Assembly: GCA_039586795.1 (NCBI GenBank)
Contig: JBDHJS010000011.1
Coordinates: 1 to 64,000, forward strand
Reading direction: 5' to 3'
DNA: 64,000 bases
Origin: Gemmatimonadota bacterium
GTDB lineage: Bacteria > Gemmatimonadota > Gemmatimonadetes > Palauibacterales > KS3-K002
The position numbers were made by a program, and so were the translations under genes. Numbering within the stretch: the first letter of the stretch is position 1; every line of letters starts with the position of its first letter. The notes beneath the pieces were generated by a model. That model had not been told where the DNA came from, made no database searches, and saw only the letters and a list, made by a program, of their open reading frames with translations. Of this stretch, positions 1-7,936 are shown in pieces.

Positions 1-330
1 GTGGCCTCGACATCGCTTGCGGCCCACGGACTCCTTCTTCTGAGGTCTGTAGGGAAAGCTCAACGCCGCGTCATGGAGGATACCGAGACAGTCGTTGAGG
101 TTGGCGTATATCGCTTCATCCGACATCCGCTGTACGCCTCGCTGCTCTTTATTGGGTGGGGAGTATTCTTCAAAGGTCTCGACTGGCCGAGCGGTGCGCT
201 TGCGCTGGCGGCGACTGCCTTTTGGATCGCAACAGCGCGACACGAAGAGCGTTTCAATATCGATCGTTTTGGCGTGGCGTATTCTGAGTACATGAAGCGT
301 ACGAAGATGTTCGTCCCGTTCTTGCTGTGA
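1..330 (+). CDS. Isoprenylcysteine carboxyl methyltransferase (ICMT/PEMT) family membrane protein, 5'-partial
   Basis: GVYRFIRHPLY motif, hydrophobic helices, EE...FG..Y.EY...T.MFVP C-terminus; runs off the window start. Confidence 0.85.
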   Translation: MASTSLAAHGLLLLRSVGKAQRRVMEDTETVVEVGVYRFIRHPLYASLLFIGWGVFFKGLDWPSGALALAATAFWIATARHEERFNIDRFGVAYSEYMKRTKMFVPFLL

Positions 331-408
331 GAGGAGCGGTATTGAGGTTATGTGGCGGCAACGGACAGTCAGTCCGTTGCCCTGTTGTTCAGTGCGCGAA
401 TCGCTACT

Positions 409-489
409 TCACTGGCCCAGATACAGGTCGAACCAGTCGAGCGTCCATCGCGCAACGACGTTCTCCTCCGTACTGGAGTTCAAGACGGA
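409..489 (-). pseudogene. Orphan 3' gene fragment, possibly the tail of an alpha/beta hydrolase
   Basis: Reads SVLNSSTEENVVARWTLDWFDLYLGQ* with no start, directly after the stop at 490; TLDWFDxYL resembles hydrolase/peptidase C-termini. Confidence 0.4.
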
Positions 490-1018
490 CTACGGCAGTG
501 CGACGTCCATTCGCATGCGGTGTATAACCTCTGTGACCGTCGCATCGGGTGTTATGCCCGAAACCGCCGGCTCGTCCGCCAAAGGCGTCGTGCCCCAGGC
601 ATAGAAGGCGCTGAAATCATACTTGATCGTCGCTTCGTGTTCGGAGTTCACCGTAATCCAACCCCTGCCGGCGATAATCGTCGGTAACTCGTCAGGTGGG
701 TCGACACGATCGGGAATGGTCATGTTGAGAAGACGAATCTCATAGACATCGCCCGACCGCAGCACCTCCCCCGTCCAATCCGACATTATGGCGTCCAAAC
801 GTAACAGGACTGTACATCCCCTAAGCCAGTACAAACCATCGATCGGGACCTGTCGGAACAAACGAATACTGGTACTTATACCCGGCATGGTCCGGATTGT
901 CGCTGCCTCCGTACCACGTTCCGCATAGCGGATCCGCTCCGCCCTTTTGCACGCCGCCGGCGAATACTCCAGTCACCCCTATCGCCAAAGCCAAGAACGC
1001 CACGAATGCCGTTTTCAT
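490..1018 (-). pseudogene. Secreted hypothetical protein disrupted by a nonsense codon and a frameshift
   Basis: RBS AAGGAGG, ATG at 1018, signal peptide MKTAFVAFLALAIGVTGVFA; in-frame TAG at 821-823 (WFVLA*GMYSPVTFG), then a frame switch near 795 into AIMSDWTGEV...VALP*. Confidence 0.65.
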
Positions 1019-1220
1019 AAGACACCCTCCTTCGGGTTTGAGATGATCATCGTTACATACTCTCACACGGTAGCAACACTGACGGGGGGGGCGCCATTCT
1101 TCAGCGCGCCAACAAGCTGCGTGAATGACCGGGGTGGGGCTCACCCACTCTTCTACGCGCTCCTTTAGACGCCGGGCCTGCGCACGCGGCGATGGCCTAC
1201 TCACACTTCACCACCACCAC

Positions 1221-1417
1221 CTACTTCGACGCTAACTTCCAAGCCTCCACGAAGCGGACTGCGTTCTGCGTCATCCGAGCGAAGGTCTCCTCCCCCATCT
1301 CCGCCGTTGCGGACCTCGGATCGCTGAACGACCAAATACCGTTGCTCGACAGCTCGTCGCTGGCTCCGCCCTTCTTCGTGTCGGACGGAACCCCCATCAG
1401 CTTCTCCCAAACAGACA
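1221..1417 (-). pseudogene. Displaced 3' end of a creatininase-family gene; diverged direct repeat of 5325-5521
   Basis: 197 bp ungapped match to 5325-5521 (about 19 mismatches by manual count), encoding SVWEKLMGVPSDTKKGGASDELSSNGIWSFSDPRSATAEMG...AWKLASK*. Confidence 0.92.
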
Positions 1418-1426
1418 GCGCCTAGC

Positions 1427-4402
1427 TCAACTCCCCGGTAACAGAGCATCGATGGCGCGGCGCGCCTCCTCCACGCGGGGCTGAAGCTCCGGGTCAGAGT
1501 CCTTCCATAGCTCGATGAAGCGTTCGTAATGGTGCACCGCCTTCTCGCGCTCCCCCAGCCGCTCGTAGATTTCCGCTTGCCGAAGGTGCGAGGGGGCCAG
1601 GTACATCGGGCCCATCGCACGCTGGCCCAGCGTTTCGTACCAGCGTAGCGCTTCTTCGTGTCGCCCCAGCTCAGCGAGGAGCCCGGCTCGCAGGTACCGC
1701 TCCTGCGGCGCCGTGTAGAAGGAGGAGAACCACCAGCGCGATACGTCGACATGACGCGGCGCCGCTTCGAGAGCTTCAAGGGCCTCCTCCGGACTCCCGC
1801 GATCCGAGAACACTCGCGCCCGGATCGCCTGGGCCAGATCGCGCGCCAGTGTCCTGGCCTTCGGCTCAGCAGCCATCGACTCGAGCTGGGCCGCGTACTG
1901 CAACGCGGCATCGTGCTCACCCAGCCGGGTGCTCAGACGGCCCAATAGATAGACCCTGAGGTGGGGGTGTATGTGTTCATGCTGCGCTCTGACGTGAGTG
2001 GCGAACCCACCTTCTTGAAAAGCCGAATCCGGGGATACTTCGTCGGGCTTCCAGTGAACCAGCGAATCTCGCAGCTCTTCAAGCCTGGCCCGGCCTGTGG
2101 GCAAGAACGGCTCCAGCGACCAGAGGATCTCATATTCGAGCGCCGAGGCCGGATCAAACTCTGCTGCCCGAGCCACTTCCGCCTTTGCCGCACTCGGGCG
2201 TCCAAGCCCTTGCTCCAACTGAGCAGCGTGCAGGTACGCAAACGCTCTGATGGCGGGTGATTCGGTGCGCCGCGCCGCCAAGCGGGCGAGATGCAGAGCG
2301 GCGCGAAGGTCCGGCACCATGGTCGCCACCGAAGTGGCTGCACCCACAAGAGGTCCGAGCGGAACCTCGTTCGCGTCTGCCAGAACCTGCTGCTGCGACG
2401 CCGGGTCGTCCCCGGCAAATGCCAGGATTGCTCGGAAATAGAAGTGGACCGGCCGATCGGGATAGGCCCGCCGAAGTAACGAGTCTGCCGCTGACCAGTT
2501 GCCTGTGGAGGCCTCCACGCGAGCTAGGGTATACAGCAGTTCAAACCTGTCCGGCTGGTATGAGAGTGCGCGCTGCAACGGTCCACGCGCCTCTCCGACA
2601 GAGCGGCCGTTCAGCGCGTTGCAGAATTCCAGCACAACGCCCAGCCCGCTCATCGCTTCAACGTCATGTGGGTACATGCTGAGGACTTCCCGGTAAATCC
2701 GCTCCGACTCGCCGGCCGCGCCCAGCAGGAAGGCGCGGCTCGCCTCCAGTATTCGCCGCTCCCGCCACGGCAGGCGACTGCTGTGCCGCACGGCCTTCTC
2801 CGCCGCCTCGTGGGCGAGTTCGACGGCCCCCCAGCTAGCGGCGCCGGACAGCCCATAGTAGGCCAGGGCAAACGAAGAGTCGATCTCGATTGCGCTTTGG
2901 AACCAGGGGATAGCGCTGTCGAACCGCCCGGCCCGAAGCTCGATCTGTCCCTTGAGGTAGACCTTGAGCGCCGCCAGCGAGTCGGTGGTGAGACTCGCAA
3001 CCTGGACAATGTGACCCGCCGGGCCACCCTGAGGTCCCACAAAAAGCTGCGCTGCCAGGTCATCCACCAACTCAAAAAACTTCCCCGCCTCCCCCTCCAC
3101 CGACGCGCGCACAACTTCTTCGAGGCCTGCAGTCGAATCGAAGAGTCGTGCGGTAATTCGAAGCCGCCCGCTCACTTCCAATACATCCCCAAAGACGTAG
3201 CGGCCCGCACCCAGCTTGCTGGCTACGATCCGAGCCCTTTCGAAATCCGAGCTTCCTCCACTCTCCTGCGCCAAGATTCCCAGCACCGCCTGGGGATTAA
3301 CACTGCGAAGCTCTCCCGCACCGTCCAGCTTGGCGCTCAACAGGTCGATCATACCCTCGCCCAGGTAGGTGTACTCCTCGCCGCCCCGGTACAAAAAGGG
3401 CAATACAGCAACCCGATTCGCCGGGTCAACTGCCCCGGTGTCCGCAAGTGGCCGTTGAATTCGACCCCCGAGAGCGAGATACACGGCGGCAACACTGACC
3501 GACACCACCAACGCGATCACCGCTAGCCGGATCAGGGAGCTACGCCGGCGGATTCCGTGATAGATGAGTCGGCCGAGCCCGCCGGCGGCCACCTGCGCTC
3601 GGGCCGGTTCCCGGGTCGATCCAGCACTGGCTGCTGTATCCGGACGCTCGATACTACGCACCGGCTCGTCGACCGCTTCGCTTACAGGCGCCGGCTCGTG
3701 TCTCAGCTTCTCGGCAAGAGCCACGAGGTCGGCGTCTGTCTCCATGCCGAACTCATCGCGCAGCAGTCGCTCATGCTCTTGGAAGTATTGGAACGCGTTT
3801 GCGCGGTCGCCCGCTTGCGCCATGGCCTCCATCAGGCGAAACGCAACTCGCGAGTTGTAAGGGTCGAAGGCGATCAGCCGCTTCCACCACTCCACCGCCC
3901 GCGGCCAGTCGCTCGTCGCCTCGGCTCGCTCTGCCAGCGACTCGAGGACTTTGGCATAGCGCTCGGCGAGTCGTTGGCGCTCCGTCTCCACCCAGTGCTC
4001 GAATCCGCCTTCGCTGCCCAGATAGAAGCCGTCCAGGAAAGGCCCGCTGTAGACTTCCGCCGCCTCCTCGAGGTCTTCCCGTGTCAGCGCCCCCTCAAAG
4101 GACCACACGTCGCACTGGATTACCTCTGGATTGAGGCGCAGGAGTTCGCCTGAGCCGAGGACAACGTCTTCGCCCAGGTCTTTTCGGAGCACGTAAAGAG
4201 AGTCGGAGAGCAGGTGTCGCGCGCTGGCCTCATCGCAATCGGGCCAGAGAAGGCCCATCACCTTGTCGCGGGTCGCGCCCCTATCCCGTGCCGCTCCAAG
4301 CACGGCCAGTAGTGCTAGGCGACGTCGTTGGATCACGCGGCCGGAAAGGGGGCCGCTAGCGTCTCCGAGACTGAGGCCAGCAAAAAGGCGTAGGGAATAC
4401 AA
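1427..4402 (-). CDS. Membrane-spanning SARP/BTAD transcriptional regulator with TolB-like and TPR domains
   Basis: N-terminal LRLF...RRRLALLAVL...RDKVMGLLWPD...LRKDLG winged helix; GPFLDGF...FEHW...DPYNS BTAD; TM helix LAVIALVVSVSVAAVYLALGG; RVAVLPF TolB-like domain; DSSFALAY TPRs. Confidence 0.85.
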   Translation of the reverse strand: MYSLRLFAGLSLGDASGPLSGRVIQRRRLALLAVLGAARDRGATRDKVMGLLWPDCDEASARHLLSDSLYVLRKDLGEDVVLGSGELLRLNPEVIQCDVWSFEGALTREDLEEAAEVYSGPFLDGFYLGSEGGFEHWVETERQRLAERYAKVLESLAERAEATSDWPRAVEWWKRLIAFDPYNSRVAFRLMEAMAQAGDRANAFQYFQEHERLLRDEFGMETDADLVALAEKLRHEPAPVSEAVDEPVRSIERPDTAASAGSTREPARAQVAAGGLGRLIYHGIRRRSSLIRLAVIALVVSVSVAAVYLALGGRIQRPLADTGAVDPANRVAVLPFLYRGGEEYTYLGEGMIDLLSAKLDGAGELRSVNPQAVLGILAQESGGSSDFERARIVASKLGAGRYVFGDVLEVSGRLRITARLFDSTAGLEEVVRASVEGEAGKFFELVDDLAAQLFVGPQGGPAGHIVQVASLTTDSLAALKVYLKGQIELRAGRFDSAIPWFQSAIEIDSSFALAYYGLSGAASWGAVELAHEAAEKAVRHSSRLPWRERRILEASRAFLLGAAGESERIYREVLSMYPHDVEAMSGLGVVLEFCNALNGRSVGEARGPLQRALSYQPDRFELLYTLARVEASTGNWSAADSLLRRAYPDRPVHFYFRAILAFAGDDPASQQQVLADANEVPLGPLVGAATSVATMVPDLRAALHLARLAARRTESPAIRAFAYLHAAQLEQGLGRPSAAKAEVARAAEFDPASALEYEILWSLEPFLPTGRARLEELRDSLVHWKPDEVSPDSAFQEGGFATHVRAQHEHIHPHLRVYLLGRLSTRLGEHDAALQYAAQLESMAAEPKARTLARDLAQAIRARVFSDRGSPEEALEALEAAPRHVDVSRWWFSSFYTAPQERYLRAGLLAELGRHEEALRWYETLGQRAMGPMYLAPSHLRQAEIYERLGEREKAVHHYERFIELWKDSDPELQPRVEEARRAIDALLPGS

Positions 4403-4411
4403 GCGTGATCA

Positions 4412-4455
4412 GTCCTAAACGATAGCTGGACGATTTTGCGATGAATCCTACACGA
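4412..4455. promoter_or_regulatory. Four imperfect direct repeats at 11-bp period; candidate winged-helix operator
   Basis: ACGA at 4419, ACGA at 4430, ATGA at 4441, ACGA at 4452; units 1 and 4 read TCCTAAACGA / TCCTACACGA. Confidence 0.4.
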
Positions 4456-4655
4456 CCAACTCCTCATATGATACCGCCAGACCGAGCTGTGAGGCCAGCG
4501 TTGGCGGCCACCCACTGGAAATCCATGAACAGGGCCAACGGGTTTTAGGCCCGCCTGTGCAAGACAAGAGAGCTCATGCAACGGGAACGTGCCCCACCCA
4601 ACAAGTTCGAGATGCACTCTTCCGCCCGTCGTTGACTATCAAAGGAAGGTGAAAC

Positions 4656-5159
4656 ATGAAAGCCCTAAGAACTGCCCCCGCTTGTCTGCTCGTGGCGATT
4701 CTCGCCTGCTCCGACCAAACACCGACGGATCCAAACAGCGTCGCGCCAGACGAACTTGGAGTGGATGCCGCCGTGATATTTCACGAGCGCGATGTGCAAT
4801 CAACATTCGAAACCGCATGGTGCGGGGAAACCCAACTGTGGGAATACACGCAACACATCATTGAACAGGAGACGGAAACGCCGAGCGGCAGGATGCTATG
4901 GGCCTTTCGCACCAACTTTTACGGAACCGTTGTCGGTGTGCCGAGCGGTAACGTCTATAAGCTCAGAGGCCACTTTGAAGTTCGAGAGATCCTGGACGAT
5001 GATGGGTACCCCTACATCTTCATGAGGCCCGGGAACAATGCCTTGATCGGCCAGGGTGGTGTCCCAAACATACATCAGCACGTCAAATTCGTGATCACGA
5101 AAAACGCGAACGGGGACGTAACCGTGGACCGGCTAGTCATCGACGTGAAGTGCCAGTAG
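4656..5159 (+). CDS. Hypothetical lipoprotein
   Basis: RBS GGAAGG, signal peptide ending LAC-SD (lipobox), beta-rich body, followed by a hairpin. Confidence 0.8.
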   Translation: MKALRTAPACLLVAILACSDQTPTDPNSVAPDELGVDAAVIFHERDVQSTFETAWCGETQLWEYTQHIIEQETETPSGRMLWAFRTNFYGTVVGVPSGNVYKLRGHFEVREILDDDGYPYIFMRPGNNALIGQGGVPNIHQHVKFVITKNANGDVTVDRLVIDVKCQ

Positions 5160-5188
5160 GATCACCAGTACAAACGGCAGTGAAGCTC

Positions 5189-5211
5189 GAGGGCAGCCTA
5201 GCGCTGCCCTC
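5189..5211. terminator. Hairpin between convergent genes
   Basis: GAGGGCAGC-ctagc-GCTGCCCTC, 9-bp stem. Confidence 0.55.
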
Positions 5212-5324
5212 CCTGCCCGTTTAGTCAATCAACTCGACAAGACGGCTGCACTCGAAGCGCCAGGTGCCGGCAATGCCGCCGCAGTCCTCAAGCTTCCCGC
5301 TCACCACGGAGCCACCTCGCCGCC

Positions 5325-6209
5325 CTACATCGACGATAGCTTCCAAGCCTCCACGAAGCGGACTGCGTTCTGAGTCATCCGCACAAAGTTCCGTTCCCCG
5401 ATCTCTGCCGTCGCGGACCTCGGATCGCTGAAGGACCAGATCCCGTTGCTCGACAGCTCGTCGCTGGCTCCGCCCTTCTTCGTGTCGGACGGGACCCCCA
5501 TCAGCGTCTCCCAAACAGACATGAGCTCCGGGTAGTCCTCGGCGAGCACCCTCAGCTCTTCGGCCTGTGCCGTGAATCGGATGTCCGGCTTCTCAGCTCG
5601 ATCCATCCTCACCAGCTCCGGCGCTATGAACAGCATGTTTGACGTTTCAGACACACCGGCGTGCCAGTCGAAGAACTCGCCGTCATCGGTGGCCTGGAAC
5701 GAGGCGCCGAGGCCAATCGCCACAGCTGTGGCTTCCGTGGTGTGATTGATGCGGTGAATCAGCTTCTGCTGAATGACGGAGTTGCCGCCGTGATAGTTGA
5801 AGAACATGATACGTCGAAAGCCGTGCTTGATCAGACTCTCAACGCCTTCAAAGATCACCTGCTCCATCGTTTCCGGTCTCAAGCTGATGCTGCCCGGAAA
5901 GCCCAGGTGGTATTCGCTGTAGCCGGCGAGAAGAAGAGGGGCCACGACCGTACCGGTCTGCTTTGAGACCTCCTTGGCCATCTCGAAGGCTTCGTAGAAG
6001 TCGGATCCCAAAGGCAACTGAGGACCGTGTTGCTCGGTGCTGCCGAGCGGGATGATGACCATGTCGTTTGTCTCTAGATATGCCGCAACGTCGACCCATC
6101 CCATTTCCTGCAGCACTAGCGGGCTATCCTCGCCCGAAAGAGACGACAGCGCCGGTTGCACTAAGACGGCAAAGCACAACGGAAACCAGCAGTAGCGTAC
6201 GTTCTTCAT
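5325..6209 (-). CDS. Creatininase / creatinine amidohydrolase family protein with N-terminal signal peptide
   Basis: PLGSTEQHGPQLPLGSD, SEYHLGFPGSISL, FNYHGGN, WHAGVSET metal-binding motifs. Confidence 0.92.
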   Translation of the reverse strand: MKNVRYCWFPLCFAVLVQPALSSLSGEDSPLVLQEMGWVDVAAYLETNDMVIIPLGSTEQHGPQLPLGSDFYEAFEMAKEVSKQTGTVVAPLLLAGYSEYHLGFPGSISLRPETMEQVIFEGVESLIKHGFRRIMFFNYHGGNSVIQQKLIHRINHTTEATAVAIGLGASFQATDDGEFFDWHAGVSETSNMLFIAPELVRMDRAEKPDIRFTAQAEELRVLAEDYPELMSVWETLMGVPSDTKKGGASDELSSNGIWSFSDPRSATAEIGERNFVRMTQNAVRFVEAWKLSSM

Positions 6210-6412
6210 AAGCACCCCCCGATTCTGGGAATTCTGCCATTAACTGGTGACGGATATGCATGGTACGCTCCGTGCAACATAGTCTATCGAGACTGGTAAC
6301 TGACCGGGTATAGTGTAAGCCTGGCTTCAAGATGGTACGCATGCCAGCACGAGGCAACGCGCGGAGGTAGCCACCGAAAAGCCTCGAAGATACTGGTCTG
6401 AGGAGCGTTTCA

Positions 6413-7852
6413 ATGTACGGTCGAATGGCCTCTATCCCCGCGCTGTTCGCCGTCGTCGGGCTGATCATGGGGTGCGGCGATCTCGAGACAATTCCCGCGC
6501 CCGCAGATGACACGTCAGAAATCCAGGCGACCATCGAGCAGTTTGGACTGACCCCGCTGCCTGCGATCCCCTATCCGGCCAACAACCGTTTCAGTGCCGA
6601 GCGGATAGCCCTCGGAAAGCTGCTGTTCTTCGACCCCATCTTGGGCGGCGAGTCGGCCCCGTGGGTCAAAGAGGCGGCGGGTAAGGATCCCTACCGCTTC
6701 CGGGCCAACGACATGGCCTGTGGCACCTGCCACCCTCCGATGATGGCCTTTGCGGATGGGCGGCGCCTTGGGGCGGGCGTCTCGGGCGCGCAGTTCAGAG
6801 ATACGGATCTGGGACCCGAGCGGGTGGTGCCCGGACCGTCCATCGTCACGGGGCTCGACGTGGGCGCGGAGCCTCGCAACGTTCCGACGATCCTCAACAC
6901 AGCGTTCAATGGCAAGAACAGTCCGCAGCCCACAGCGGAGAGCTTCCTGTTTATTGACGGTAAGGTCACCATGGGGCTCGAGGAGCTGGCGGGGATACCC
7001 ATCACCTCTCGCGACGAGATGGCCGGCGATGCCTTTGGCCCGAACCCCACGGAAGAAGAGATCCAGGACAGCGTCACCCATCGGATCCGTGATATCCCGG
7101 AGTACGTAGAGCGGTTCAAGCAAGCCTTCGCCGGGGAGATCAACTCGGCGGACGACATCGAACTCGACCACATCGCGAGGGCGATCGCGGCCTTCGAACG
7201 GGAGCTAATCACACCTGGCTCCCGTTACGACCAGTTCGTCGGGGGAGACTTCGGAGTTTTCAGCGATCAGGAGCGGCAGGGCTTCGAGCTCTTCTTCGGG
7301 AAGGGTCTCTGCGGCGAATGTCACCACGGGCCCATGCTGTCTGACTTCAGCTTCCGGGTCCTTGGAGTGGCGGATGACTACGAGTCCATCATTCCCGGCT
7401 TCGAAGGCAAGAACGGGCATGGTGGGGACTTCGGACGGTTCCACGCTGACGAGGTGGAGCTCGCGGATGAGAAGTACGCTTTCCGTACGCTGACGATCCG
7501 CAACGTCGAGCTAACGGCGCCCTACTTCCACAGCGGTAGTGCCGGCACTCTTCAGGAGGTCCTCGAGTTCTATAACCGCGGCGGTCTTGGCGAGCAGGAC
7601 CTGTCGGATCTGGACCTCGCGGCGGCCGGTGCCGACCGGGACCTTTCGATTCGTCCGCTGGGCCTGACCCAAGTTGAAATTGATGCAATCATTGCGTTCA
7701 TGAAGACGACGACGGCACCGGTACAACTGGGGCCACTGGGCACCGATCTGACCGCGGTCCCAGAGCGCGTCCCCAGTGGACTTGTACCGCCGGGGATCCC
7801 GACGCCTGAGGGGCCCGGTCCGTTCTTGAGCGCGGTGAACAGCGGCCGCTAG
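6413..7852 (+). CDS. Di-heme cytochrome c peroxidase / MauG family lipoprotein
   Basis: Lipobox IMGC; LGKLLFFDPIL; heme motifs CGTCH and CGECH; RNVPTILN; FRTLTIRNVELTAPYFHSG. Confidence 0.92.
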   Translation: MYGRMASIPALFAVVGLIMGCGDLETIPAPADDTSEIQATIEQFGLTPLPAIPYPANNRFSAERIALGKLLFFDPILGGESAPWVKEAAGKDPYRFRANDMACGTCHPPMMAFADGRRLGAGVSGAQFRDTDLGPERVVPGPSIVTGLDVGAEPRNVPTILNTAFNGKNSPQPTAESFLFIDGKVTMGLEELAGIPITSRDEMAGDAFGPNPTEEEIQDSVTHRIRDIPEYVERFKQAFAGEINSADDIELDHIARAIAAFERELITPGSRYDQFVGGDFGVFSDQERQGFELFFGKGLCGECHHGPMLSDFSFRVLGVADDYESIIPGFEGKNGHGGDFGRFHADEVELADEKYAFRTLTIRNVELTAPYFHSGSAGTLQEVLEFYNRGGLGEQDLSDLDLAAAGADRDLSIRPLGLTQVEIDAIIAFMKTTTAPVQLGPLGTDLTAVPERVPSGLVPPGIPTPEGPGPFLSAVNSGR

Positions 7853-7936
7853 GAATCCGCGGCTCCTCGTGTAAGCTCCGACCGCAAATGGGTCGCTCAG
7901 GTGGGCACGCCGCTTCCACGGTCGCGAGACATGGGC

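Noticed and set aside
821..823. Pyrrolysine or amber readthrough
   Set aside because: A frameshift follows within about 8 codons and no pyl genes are seen; decay is the simpler explanation
1201..1920. 239-aa minus-strand ORF
   Set aside because: Alternate frame of the SARP-TPR gene end and the creatininase remnant
1221..5521. Repeat pair as the template/variable repeats of a diversity-generating retroelement
   Set aside because: Mismatches are not adenine-specific, many are synonymous, and no reverse transcriptase is in the window
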